A stretch of DNA of 64,000 bases from Azolla caroliniana (taxonomy: Eukaryota > Plantae > Polypodiophyta): NCBI GenBank assembly GCA_043228905.1, contig JBHGNT010000003.1:15872001-15936000 (forward strand). Reading direction: 5' to 3'. Below, piece by piece: positions 36,757-50,100 of this stretch; positions within the stretch are counted from its first letter, which is position 1; every line of letters starts with the position of its first letter. The notes under the pieces are model-generated. The model had not been told where the DNA came from. It saw only the letters and a list, made by a program, of their open reading frames with translations, and searched no databases. Position numbers and translations under genes: made by a program.

Positions 36757-39700
36757 TGTTGCCGTTTAGGAACACGGTCCGCGGTCAGTCCTTCGACCTA
36801 GACCTCAAAGTGGGTGTGGAACAACGAACAGGTGTTTAAGCATAATGCGTAAGGGAAGAACCCCTGTAACTTATCAACGAATAAGGGGAGACGGCTACAA
36901 CTGAATCCCTATCAAGGGTTACACTTACGTACTTAAATGCTTAGGTATTCAAGACACAGACACTGAATTAGCCGTAGCTATGCACAGAAAATTAGAGAAG
37001 ATAGAATTCTATTATCAGACGTTTCTTTACATTCCCAAAATTACACGCACCTCCATCAGAGGTTTTCTGCCCTTTATATATGCAGGGTCTATTTAGCCGT
37101 TCACGCTTCCTGCGTGAACCGTTACACGCGTTATGCTCTTATATAATTTCTTATTCCTACGCTTTTGTCCGTCGGTTACTACTCTGGCGGACAACACTTG
37201 GCATGCCTGTGGGACAGTGCCTTGGCACGTCGGACCCATCCCGTTAATCCTCTTCCAAAATGGCCTAGATGTTCGGCTCTACTGTGGTGTCCTCATCTGG
37301 AGGTGATGTAGGGCCCGTAGGTGCATCGTGGTGTGGCTCCTCTGTTTGGTCGGGATGGTTTCTCCCGGAGTCACCGTTGCCGTGTGTGGGTGGTCCGGGT
37401 ATGATGGGCTCTTCTTGAGTTAGTGGGTTGGGCTCCGCCGTTGTCGTGCTTGCAGGCGGCTGCGGCTTTGCCTCCATTGTTACGTCCTCCGTGGTGTCGA
37501 CCGTTTTTGTATGTTTCGGGGAGTGGGGTGGAGATTCCGCCTGGTTCGCACCGTTCTCCGCGTGGTCTGATGATAGTGTGGGCTCGTGCAGCTGGACCTC
37601 TTGTTGTGTAGTGGTTTCGCTGTCTGGTTCTGTGGGGAACTTTGCTCGTCGGTCCCCGCTGTTCTCCATCGTTGTCATCTTTGGTGATTGGGCCTGAGGT
37701 TCCTCTTCTTCGGTTGTGCCCAGATTTGGCGTCGCGCTGGATTCCTCGTTTGTGTGCGTGTTGCCGGCTTGTGTGATCTGGTGAAATAGCTCCTCCTGAC
37801 TTTCACCAAAATCATCTAAGAGCTGTGCGAGCTCTTCGGAGTGTTGGTCTGCTAGCGCACGATAGTCTTGTGCTAGGTCCTCCCGTACGGCCGCAATGCT
37901 CTCCTCATTTAGTTTATAGAAACCTCGACCGTCTTTTCGCCGGTTCTCCCAGTTCGCACAATACACGTGCAATTCCACTGCTTGGGTTGCCCATGCCATC
38001 CATCCTTTGTCCAACGCCGTTTTCAATTGCGCTGTGAACCTCTGCCGATTTGTTTGGAGAAGGATCTGCACGTTATCTGTGATGGCCTGGCAACGGTTGC
38101 GTGCGTCTTCCATCGACTTCTAGAGATTTGCGATTTCCTGCTGTTTAACCGTTGTCGCTTCCTCATACGTGGCCTTTAGGCCCACCCACAACTAGGATTC
38201 CTTTGCATGTTGTTCTTCTAATTTCCTCATTTCATTGTTTAGGCGGATTTCGAGCTGATTCCTTTTGTCTTGTTCGACCACCAACTGCTCATCGAACCAT
38301 ACCTTCTTTTTTTCTAATAAGGCCCAAAGTCCTGCTATTGCTGCCTCCGATTTCTTCGTGTCCTCTCGTAATTGTGCGTTGTTGTCTTTTGTCCGGATGT
38401 GCTGAGCTACCTCCGTAGCGAGTTTCTCTTCAAGGGTTTTTACTGCCTTCCGTCCATTAGCCCGTATCTCCTTTTCTCTGTCTGAGGATTGGGGTAGTTC
38501 TGCTCGAAGACGGTCAATTTCTGATTCTGCTAGTTGCATGGCCCTTTTTGCTTTTGAGGCGATGGCGGTCTAAGCCTCGATTTCTTCTTTTAGAGCATCG
38601 ATGACGTGGTTCGGTGGTGGGGTTGCATGTTGCGCTGTAGTCGTGTGAGCTTCCAACTCCGCGATGCGTGCGTTGGCTTTTTGTAGTTCGGCTTGGGTCA
38701 GTTTAACCTTCTTCTAGACATTCTTATTTTTTATGGCCATCTCCTGGGTGCCCGTGCTGAAGTTTGCCAATTTCCGATGTACTTCGACTAGGGCCGTGTT
38801 TAAGGGGGGTATCTCCATCCCCACTCGGCATACCCCGACGTTCCTCTATCTGCCGACCCTGGCTAGCCAGTCCTCATCGTCGCTCTCCGTTGTTTGTGTT
38901 TGGGTGCGCTCGATCATCTGGCGTTCTACATGCTCTTCGGCCATTCATTGGGCGCCTTTGACCTGTTGCGTTGCCAGGAACTCCATGAGCTCAAAAGAAG
39001 TACCGAACTACAAGAGGGCGCTGAACTCGTGGGACGTATCCGGGATATTCGGATATGCCAAAACCTCACTTTCCGCCATCAATATGGCTTTCCCTCGTTG
39101 GGACTGGGTCGTAATAATCGGCCGTGGCTCCCGGATGATTTCGAAGGTGGTATTGGAATCCGCTGCTGCGGAGCCTTCGCCTTCGGTTGGTGTCTCTGTT
39201 GCCGTGGGGGTGCTTTTTACCAACCCCCGCCCATCTTTCCTGTCCAATCTGCGTCTTTTGGTCTGGGGCTTTCCCGCCATGTTTCGGTGTCTGGTTCTGG
39301 GGCTGCTTCCATGGAACGTCTCGACTGTTCCTCCTACGTTGTCCGTGTGTCCGGCTGGTCGGTAGGAGGTGTTGTCCTTGGGTCTGGCTGGGCCGGTTGG
39401 GGTTCCTCTTCCCACTCTGGGGCCGATAACTCCACTAACCTGCGTTTCGCGGATTGGGGCGGGGCCATGGGTTGGCTGGGCTGTGCTGCCGGCAGGCCTC
39501 GGGGCGGAAATAGTACCGTAAGGTATTGTTGGATGATCGGCCTGAGCTTTTTGCCTGCTTGGTACGCATGCAAGCCTTCCCTTAACGCTGGCCCTGTGAT
39601 GACCCCCCAGTCGACGGCACGCCCTTCAAAGGTATCGATAATGATGCCCGCCTTCTGCTTAGGCATCCCATATGCGTTGACATGAATGTAGCTGACTTCT

Positions 39701-42700
39701 AGCAGGAACTTGGCCACTTCACGGAAGAAGTGATCCGGAATCTTTTTTGTTCTATAGGCCTTGGCGGAGGAGGAATATGGCCCAAAATACCGCTGCAGCG
39801 CCTCTGTAGGAGGTATTTCGAAATGTCTTTCGCCTAGTGAGGATAGGTCCAACTTCTTCCGGATGGAAGAGTTGGTGACCGTGTCGATGTTAAGCTTCCT
39901 GGCAATGTCCATGGCATCCGGGTGCGGAGGTGCTTCTGCGACCCGGATGTAACCATCCAGGCGTTTCTCCACGAGCCATCGGCGTAGGGCAGTAGAGATG
40001 AAGATCGACATCGCCAGAGTAGGTTCGTGGGGAGGAGACGGGTGGTTGTGGTGAGTTGGAGCTCTGAGATAGGATGGGGGAGAAGGTGAGGGGGAGGGGC
40101 GATGGGAGCGCTGATAGCTAGAAGATGGGTTTTTGCTTTGTGTAGAAAATCTTCTGTTTCCTTCTTTTTGTGGCTTAGGGTTCATTGGGCGGTGAGCCAT
40201 CGTGGTGCCACGTGTTCTTGAACTAGGAGTTTGTGCATGCCTTTAGTCGTTTTAATAGTCGCTATCTTCTCCTTCTTTTTTTTCGTAATAGTTATTTACA
40301 ACCTATTTTTACATTATAGTACAAGTGGGGCTGTCCATTTTACACTGCAGGTTCTCCGGCTCTGTCCCGTTCGGCGGTGAATGGGTTAGGTGGCGTAGGG
40401 CCCAGGTAAGGTTTGAGCCGAAACCCATTCACCTTTTGCCGTACTACTCCAGCCAGCGTTCCTAGTTGGAATGTGCCTTGTTCTGCTCCAATTATCCAGT
40501 ATGGGCCGGTCCAGCGAAAACGTAACTTCCCCGACATATGGCCCATGCGCGTTTGAAAAACTAGCACCGCTTGGCCCACGACGAACTCCTTTTCCCTTGC
40601 GTTCCGATGTCGATCCACAAACGCTTTACGCCTTTGCTATTCCTATTCCAACACATCCATGCTGTGGATGCGTTTTTCCCCTAGTTTGAGGAACTGGTAG
40701 AGCCGTACCTCCTCCGACTTGGCTTCTGATAATCGGCTCCGTACCTGAATGCGCAAACTAGGTACCTGAGATTCGATGAGCTGCATTAGTGCGCTTCCTA
40801 TTGCAATCTCTGAGGCGTCGACGAACATGTGGAATGGCTTCGCCCAAACTGGTGGTTGTACGACGGGAGCCTGTGTGAGCATTATCTTAAGTGCCTTATA
40901 GGCATTATCCTCCGTTGCAATCCATTGGAAAGGAGTCCGATGTACGACAACGTGTAGCGGCGTGGTGAAGTCCGCCAAATACCGTATCATCCGACTATGC
41001 CACCGTATTTGTCCTAAAAACCGGCTAAGCGATTTGGCATTTGTCGGAGTTTTTGCTTGCGTAATCGCGGAGATCTTGTTTGGGTCGACTGCTATTCCCT
41101 CCTTGCTCACTATGTGGCCTAGGAGAGTCCCGCTAATCACGCCGAAGGCACATTTCGCGGGATTCAGGCTTTAGCATGCGGTGTGGCAACGTTCCAGGCA
41201 CAGTCGTAAGTGCGTAAAATGGTCTAATGTTTTCCCATATACCGCAAAGTCATCTAGAAAAACTTGCATGAACGCCGGAATGTATTCCCCAAAGATCTTT
41301 GTAATCGTTCGTTGAAATGTTACCGGCATTGTCTTTAGCCCGAACATCATGACGATTGCCACATATACTCCCCAGTCCGTGACAATCGCCGTCTTCTCCT
41401 GGTCCTCGGGATGCATGCGTACCTGGTTATAGCCACTGAAGCCATCTAAGAAACTGTACATCTCATGGCCTGCGACGGCGTCCAACACGCTATCGGTGAA
41501 GGGTAAGGGAAATGCGTTCGTAATGGTTACGACGTTTAATTTTCGGTAATCTACGCATACCTGTATTTTGCCGTTTTTCTTTGGGACGACCACTATCGGG
41601 CTTAGCCATGTCGCTTGTTTAACTGGTCGTATGAACCCTACCTTCAGGAGCTTGTCAATTTCTTCTTTCACACGGGTTGCGTAATTGGGGTTCATGCGGT
41701 AGCGGCGCTGCTGGACGGGTTTCACGTCAGTTGCTAAATTGATCTTATGCTGATAGAAATTGGGATCTAACCCCTTCATGTCCTCGTGAGCCCAAGCGAA
41801 CACATCTTTATATTCCGTGAGTAGTAAGATCATCGTGATTCTTTGGTCCGGCCTTAATTCCTTTACGATGGAGAGGAGTCGGGGCTCCGATTCTATACCC
41901 ACATTTACTTCTTCGAGAGCGGAAGCGGTGACTCGTCGTGAAATCTCCATTTCCCTTTCGAATGTCGCACGTGCTCTGTTGAGTTCCAAGTTGGACTCTG
42001 GGTTTGGTTCATAAGGCTCGTCGTGGGGAACAGTGGCCGTGGCATATTTTGCCGCGGTTGCGATGACATCTATTTCGAACAGCGGAATAATCTGAGGGTG
42101 TTCGTCGAGGTATGCCTCCAATTCTGCATTCTCCACCCCAACCAACATATTTATGTCCTCCACGTATAACGGTGTTATACCCTTAGGTTGTGGCGTGCTG
42201 CCTTCCGTAGGTACTCGAACCTTGGTGTGTCCATGCCGGAAACTGATACACTCGTGTTGCCAGCTCTACTTTATATTTGTTGTCCGAAGCCATGGTCTGC
42301 CCAGAAGCACTGGGTACGCTCCTGGGGCGTCCAAAGCGAGGACGACCGCCGAGATGTCGGAGCGGTGTCCGCCCACGATGATGCCTATTTTGCGAATTAA
42401 CCCCAACGGTCGCACTGAGCAGGTATCTGCCATGCGGAGCCAGAATGGACACGCCTCCCATTCGGAAATGCCTAACTGCTCGCAAGTTTTCTTGCTAATT
42501 ACATTGACGCCTGAGCCATCGTCGATTACGCATCCAGGAACTTCCTGTCCGTGCAATATTACTGTAATAGCCGGGTTGTGCTGATCCACCACCGGCGGTC
42601 CATCGCTGACGTCTGTCAGTTTTGTGGCGACACTTGCCCCGGGTTTGCCCGTCACCCGTTCTTCCATGGTCTGGCGGAAGCATGGAACTAGCTATAGCAG

Positions 42701-44686
42701 TTTTTCCATGGTTAACATTATTTCACAGCCTACTAACGCCTGCCAAATGGGGTCCGGACCCGGTCTTTCGTTCTTTGTTCGCTCCATTGTGTTCGCGGAC
42801 TCCTACCACATACGTTCTGTATTGGTCGCGTTTGCTTTTTTCACCCATGCTTGGGCTTGTCGGCATACCTCGTCTTGAGCAGCCCAATCCGCCATTTTTG
42901 TTTGCTAGCGTGTCATGACTTGTTGCACCTCCGTCGTAATTGTATTGACAGCAGGCCCCTTTCCCTTGCGTGCTGGGCATTGCGTGGCATAATGTCCGGG
43001 TTGCTGATAAATAAAACAATGGATGCTTGATTCTCCCTTCTCGGCTCCTGGTGGTGTGTGTCGCTCCCCTGGTACTACTTGCTCTTCGCGGTCCAGCCTC
43101 GTTTGTCGGAACATACGCGGTGGCTGCTGTTGGTTCCGTCATTGTTCCTGGTGCCGCTCATCCCCCGAGCTTTCGTCATAACGCCGGTGATCTCTATATT
43201 GCCGTGGCTTACCCCGATAGCCATTGAAGCCGCCCCGTTTGTTTGTCGGTTGTTGATTCTCGTAGCGCCGACCCCCTTTGGCGTAACTTGGATGTCCACG
43301 ATAATCCTCGTCCTCTGGGTCGTCCTCCTCGAAATCGTTGTGATTCCGGCGATTTCGATTTTACCGGTCCTCCCGCGTGTTGTGATCCTTATACCGGGGT
43401 TGGTCTTCTTGCCTACTTTGTTCAGCCCGGTGCGGTTGATGCTGTGTGTCCATGCTGCGGACTGCGGGAGTGGCTCTGTTTAACATATTGTACTCGCATT
43501 GGTCGACTGTGTGAGCCTTCAAGTGGCAGATTGGGCAGTGGATTTGCATATTGCACTCCACTGCGGAATGCCCCGAGTTCAAGCAAATCGTGCACTGGAT
43601 TGCTTGACGAAACTGGCGTTCCTCATCCTGAGGTAACGCTTCTTGTAAGGAGGACATAGAAAACCTTTCCTCCTCGTCATCCAACTCGAGCTGTAACGGT
43701 CGTTCTATTACCATATTCGCCGTTTCCCCTTTCACGCTATTGTTGTTCAGCGTTGCCCGGATGGGCCGGCGTAAAGCTGCCAGAAATGTTTCCCTCGTCC
43801 TCCGCGGGGCTTCGTCCCAGTTTCTGTCGTAAATTTTGGAAACGTAAGCTGAAGTCCGCTATCGTCTCGGTCGGTAGTTGCTTAATTGTGTAAAACTGCC
43901 CGAGAATCTCGCGTTGTGGAACCCTTCGATGGAAGAATCGCAAGAAAGCGGACTACAGCTGATCGAAGGTTGTTATGGCTGGTAAATCCATCTGTGAATG
44001 CGAAAACGCCGCACGCCCATCTAATGTTAATCCGAACTCCGTCATTTTCGACTGGTGTGCCACCATCTCGGAGAGGCTCTGCGTCATGTGGTTCGCATTC
44101 CAGACATTCAGGAACATGCGAATATGAGTTGCGGCGTCGGTTTTGCCGTTAAAGCGGGGGTAGGCAAAGGCCATAGTGGGAGCTACGGCGGGTCGGGAAA
44201 GACCACAAGGTGGCTGTGGTGAGCGTGGTCCCCACGTCTCGTCGAGGTATTTGGGGAGCGAAGAATCCCCTTTGCACTCACGGCAGGTAGTACTGAGGTC
44301 GCTGAGGCGCGACTTTTGTCGTGCGTGTTCTTCTGCCTGGTGCGTGACGGACCTTGTTATTGGCCGGTCTTGTCGTGTTGGTTCTCTGGGTCGTCTGCGG
44401 CTAAACATCCATTCGTTGTTGCTCGTCTGTGAGAAAACACAGATCAGCAAGCGTGCCAAAAGTGTTGCCATTTAGGAACACGGTCTGCAGCCAAAAGTGG
44501 GTGTGGAACAACGAACAGGTGTTTAAGCGTAATGCGTAAGGGAAGAACCCCTGTAACCTATCAGCGTATAAGGGGAGACGGCTACAACCGAATCCCTATC
44601 AAGGGTTACACTTACGTACTTAAACGCTTAGGTATTCAAGACACACACTGAATTAGCCGTAGCTATGCATAGAAAATCAGAGAAGA
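36757..44686 (-). mobile_element. Gypsy C: non-chromovirus Ty3/gypsy (Phygy/Selgy/Athila-like) with an extra 3' ORF
   Basis: 3' LTR 36757-37196; partial 5' LTR 44463-~44686; PBS TGGCACGC. gag from 44175 with knuckles CTICLNSGHSAVEC and CPICHLKAHTVDQC; protease VIDDGSGVN; RT (41171-42163) with LDGFSGYNQ and VFLDDF; RNase H FVDAS; integrase core deleted; GPY tail at 40340-40618. Confidence 0.92.
37265..40200 (-). pseudogene. Additional sense ORF downstream of pol in gypsy C (helical N-terminal domain, coiled coil, low-complexity tail), disrupted
   Basis: Collinear ORF pieces 39334-40200, 39008-39415, 38192-38539 and 37265-38113 between the integrase end and the 3' LTR. Confidence 0.7.
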
Positions 44687-46547
44687 AGAGATCTACATGC
44701 ACCAGTCGGTGGGATTTTCAAGAAAGGCTAAAGCCAGCTCCCCGCCAATGGTACCAGAACTTCGACTCCTTCATGACCGACCATGGATACCACACGACGT
44801 AGGGCGACCACTGCGTGTTCATGAAGAATTTTGATTGAGCCAACTTCATGATGCTCCTTTTATATATGGATGACATGCTAATCTTCGTATTGGACCGAAT
44901 CAAAATCAAGAACCTGACGAAGGCCTTGAACCAGACCTTCTCAATGAAAGATTTGGGTCCGGCGAGATAGATATTGGGGATGCACATAGTCCGGGATCAG
45001 ACGAAGAAGTTGGTGTGGTTGTCAAAGGAGAAGTACGTGATGAAGGTGCTCCAACGATTTAGTATGTCGGATGCTAAGCTGGTTGGGTCGACACTTCCGG
45101 CAAATTGCAAGTTGTCCGGAAAGGAAACTCCGAAGACCAAGAAGAAGAAGTCAGAGATGATGAAGATACCATATGCCTCTGCCGTCGGAAGCTTAATGTA
45201 TGCAATGGTGTGTACCCGGCCGGATATCGGATATGCAGTCGGAGTGGCAAGCCGGTTCATGAGCAATCCGGGAAGAGAACATTGGACCGCGGTCAAGTGG
45301 ATACTCCGGTACTTGAAAGGCACCTCAAGTATGTGCCTCTGATTCGGCTCAGGTAAACCCTATTTGGAAGGCTTCATCGATTCGGATATGTTGGATAATG
45401 CGGATACCAGCCAGTCTGTATCCGGATATGTTATGACATATGCAGGGGGAGCCATATCGTGACAGTCGAGGCTGTAGATGTCCGTTGCACTATCGACAAC
45501 GGAAGTGGAGTACATGGCAGTTGTAGAAGCCGGTAAAGAGGTAATTTGGATGAAGGACTTCATTGGAGAGCAAGGGATCTAGCAGGAGGAATTTCGGCTC
45601 TATTGAGATAGTCAAAGTGCCATCTACCTTGCAAAGAACACGGCCTACCACTCACGGACCAAGCACATCCAGAGAAGATATCACAGGCTCCAGGAGAAGG
45701 TAGAAATAAAGAGTTCTTGTTGACGAAAGATCGATACGGAGGAGAATGGGTCAGACGCGGTAACCAAGGTGTTGTCAAACGACAAGCTAGACGTGTGCAG
45801 GAGACGGATCAGATTGAAAAGACATCCCATGCTGGAGTGAAGGGGGAGTTTGTTGGGAATTTGGTCCCTTCGGATGGGATCCGGATGAGAACCAGAGGAG
45901 CCGGATCGGACCAGCTGAAGGAAGGAACCAAACCGGACGGATTCCAAAGGCATTTGGTGTGAACCCGGATCCAGGGACATATTTGTAAATGGGTAAAAGC
46001 ATGCGAGTGGAAACACTATTATAGCTAATTAGCTACTAAAATGGCCATAGCTAATTAGCTATTTGTTTAGCTAGTCCTTTTTGTGGGAAAATCAAATATT
46101 TGAAAAACTAATTTATGAAAAAACTCAAATATTTGAACTTCTGTTTCAGATGTAGTGGAACTTGGGGAATAGCACCATCATCTAAGGTCGACTTCAATGT
46201 CATCAATCTCTTGTTTAGCCTAAGTTTGATTTTAAACGCAGATGGAGTACTCAGAGCACGAACGCAGACGTAGCTCCCGCAACAGCAGAAAATCGACATT
46301 GCAGATTGAGAGCTACAACACAGAACCCGCTCGATCATCGTCCAGGTATGTTTCAGTTACAGAAACCCCAAACATTTGTTTTTTCTTTTTGACTACTGTC
46401 TGAACTTTGGTGCCGATTCATATATCCCCAAAATCGAATAGGGCGAAGTCCTTGGAGTCCCATACAAGGATGTCTCGTAGATCGGGGAGTAGCAGCAGGT
46501 GTGTTTATATTACTTTTTTTGTGTTTAATCCTGTCTTTAGTGATGAT

Positions 46548-47110
46548 TGGGGTTTCTGATTGGAATTTCTGATTAGGGTTTTTGTTTATAAATTTCTGAT
46601 TAGAATTTCTGATTAGGGTTTGTGATTGAAATTTCTGATTAGGGTTTTTGATTATAAATTTCTGATTAGGGTTTTTGATTATAAATTTCTGATTAGAATT
46701 TCTGAATAAGGTTTCTGGTTACAAATTTTGATTACAGATTAGAATTTCTGAATAGGGTTTTTGTTTATAAATTTCTGTTTAGGATTTCTGATTAGGGTTT
46801 CTGATTGAAATTTTTGATTAGGGTTTTTGATTGAAATTTTTGATTAGGGTTTTTGATTATAAATTTCTGATTAGAATTTCTGAATAGGGTTTTTGGTTAC
46901 AAACTTTTGATTACAGATTTTGATTAGGGTTTCTGATTTCAAACTTTTGATTACAGATTTTGATTAGGGTTTCTGATTTCAAATTTCTGAATACAAATTA
47001 TGATTAGGGTTTTTGATTTGCTAAGTTAAAGATTTTGCACCATTTTTGTTGTTGTTGATTGGGGTTTCTGATTCTGACATATTCTGATTTTGCACTATTT
47101 CTGATTTCTG
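46548..47110. repeat. Degenerate telomere-like array (GATTAGGGTTT / TTTCTGATT units)
   Basis: Many TTAGGGTTT cores in irregular units, ending just before the acceptor TTTCAG|ATG at ~47124. Confidence 0.85.
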
Positions 47111-47124
47111 AAATGATATTTCAG

Positions 47125-50100
47125 ATGGCTCGTTCCTCCGTATCCGAGAGTGCTAAACTTCGCAAAATTTTGCGAGACAAAGGAGGACTTCCACAACACC
47201 TATGGTCTGTCACTCGAGGGTGTTGACCCTGCTGTCCTAAGTGATAAATTGATCAGTGATGTAGACTGGATGACAGTATATACAGTGCCTAGAGTCAAAG
47301 GCAAGGTCAAGCTGAAGCATGTACGAGCCGACTTGTACCATGACTGCATGAGGCTGCACCAGAAAGTTCATTAGGAGATCCCAGTCAACAATGAATTGTC
47401 AGTTTCATTTGCTAGAGCATTTGCATATGAGTACTGCAAAACAACGACGGAATCTAGAGACCCTGAAATGTATAGGGTAGCTTGGGCAGTCTATGGTGAG
47501 GCATCGGCAAATAGATGCTGAAAGATGGGAACCTTGGCACAAAAAATAGATAGATTTTGGAGCATGGCAGTTGTTGATGCAATTGCCGACTACTAGCAAG
47601 ACCGGGGGGCATACACCACACCAACACCCAAGGAAAGCCAATGTCGATGATACAGGTGAGACATTGGTTAGCTATATGCTAAAAAATGTCCATGAAGCCT
47701 GTGAGACATTGACATTTTTTAAGACTGATTTAGAGAAAGCCACAATGGCTTCTGCAATGGAGAGCAAAGTTACTTCCGCTGTTACAACGATTAGAAATAA
47801 GATTCAGATAACTATTGTTTTGCTAGTATGTGATTGTGTTATAAATAACTTTAAGGGTAAAATGTGCTAATCAAGCATTATCTGGAATAGGTTGTGCAAC
47901 AGGAGCTTGAATTAGAGGGGCCACTGGATCCCTAGCGTAAAATACAACTGCAAATAGAGATCCAGGTTCTTTCAATGAACCTGGACCTTCTAGGTGTAAA
48001 TACTGTTGCAGATTACAATTTCGATAAGCTTCAAGTAAGTTAACGATTCCTGAGCAAAGTTGGTGTATCTTTCAACAACAGGAATAATTAATCACTAAAT
48101 TTCTCTGTTGCGTTGAAGGAACAATACATTCATCAAGAACAGGTTGTTAGCTGCCTTAAGAAGCAGCTACATTTTGTGGAGGGAATGGTAAGGACCAGAG
48201 AGGATTTGGACTTGAACATTCTTGCTCCCTTACCAAATGAAGCAGAACCAGAAAATGATTTATTGATAGTTGAAGCACGTTGCATCACTTGCGGGTTAGG
48301 TGTGGAGGACAAAACTGCGTCTTTGTTGGTTCACCTACAACCATGCAACCACACATACCATCCACTTTGTTTTCAACATGCCTGTCAAATTACTGCATTC
48401 TGTTTGGGAGATTGTAGTACAGCTCTACCAAATGAGTGGAGAAAACTAATAGCTATACCATACTGTAGCTAATAAGCTTAGTCTTTTCTAATTAGCTAAG
48501 CCGTAAAAAGTATGGAAACTATTTTGCTGCTATCGTTGTAGCTAATTAGCTACTACCATAGTTGATTAAAGCAGCTAATAGCTATCCTATTAGTTAATTA
48601 GCTACTGCCATAGTTTACTACAGTAGTTAATTAGCTAAGTGGCAGCTAGTTAGCTACTAGCTAATTAGCTATCCTACTGGCAACTAATTAGCTAATGCCA
48701 GCTAGTTAGCTACTAGCTAATTAGCTAGCACCATAGTTGTGTAAAGTAGCTAATTAGCTATCCTACTAGCTAATTAGCTATGGTACTAGCTAATTAGCTA
48801 GTACTATAGTTGTGTAAAAAAGCTAATTAGCTATCCTACTAGCTAATTACCTATTGGCAACTAATTAGCTATCCTACTAGCTAATTAGCTACTGCCATAG
48901 TTGTGTAAAGTAGCTAATAAGCTATCCTAGTAGCTAGTTAGCTATTGGCAGCTAATTAGCTATCCTAGTAGCTAATAAGCTATCCTACCTACTACATAGT
49001 TGAGAAAGTAGCTAATTAGCTATCATTGTAGCTAATTAGCTATCCTAGCTACTACCATAGTTAGTAAAGTAGCTGATTAGCTATCCTGGCTACTACCATA
49101 GTTGAGTAAAGTAGCTAATTAGCTATCCTAGCTACTACCATAGTTGAGTAAAGTGGCTAATCAGCTACCATAGTAGCTAATTAGCTATCCTAGCTACTAC
49201 CATAGTTGAGTAAAGTAGCTAATCAGCTACCATAGTAGCTGATTAGCTATCCTAGCTACTACCATAGTTGAGTAGAGTAGCTAATTAGCTACCATAGTAG
49301 CTATTAGCTATCCTAGCTACTACCATAGTTGAGTAAAGTAGCTAATTAGCTATCGTACTAGCTAATTAGCTATCCTAATTAGCTATCGTACTAGCTAATT
49401 AGCTATCCTAGCTTCTACCATAGTTTAGTAAAGTAGCTAATTAGCTATCCTAAATAACTGCCATGTTATTGTAGAATCTTGTGGATTAAGGACGACACAT
49501 GATGTGTCTGGTGCTGATGACGCTGCAACAGATGAGGATACTGCTGCCAACGTGGCTGAAAGTAAGAGTCCTGCTATCACATCTCCTTTAGATCAGCTCC
49601 ACCCTATTCTTTTGGAACAGTGTACTGAATTAGGCAACGATGTGAAATGCCATGAAATAGTGGAAACAACATGTAAAACTGAGGTTCAAAACAACAATGT
49701 TTATGAACACTTGATGCAGCATTTCTTCGAATCTCAAGACCTTGATTCCACCCCACCGAGCCCAACTACTGAAAATGTCCAAACAGATCCCTCTGTACTT
49801 GAAAAGCTAGTTCAAGAAACGGCTGATGTGCAATTAGCTGCTGAGGCGATGGGAAGGTTGTCGGAGGAGGACACACTTGCGCATTGGGTGAAAGAAGCAA
49901 GGCTAAATGGGGAACCGACCCGAAAAAGGCTGAAGAAGGGGCCACGATCGGGAACTAGACCAGTTACTCGGTCAAGGGGCCCAGACATAGTGGAGCGAAA
50001 TACTGTTTAGTTGGATATGATTGTTATCTTAGGGATTTTGCTAGGGTTTTATGAAGTTTTACTATCCTGTTGGACAAGTAAAACCTCAGATTGGTTGTTG

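Noticed and set aside
35678-39685. Long ORFs at 35678-36592 (-), 38733-39365 (+) and 38894-39685 (+)
   Set aside because: Antisense shadows of retrotransposon coding sequence.
46548-47110. True interstitial telomere or chromosome fusion scar
   Set aside because: Not a pure (TTTAGGG)n tract, and it lies wholly within the transposon TIRs.
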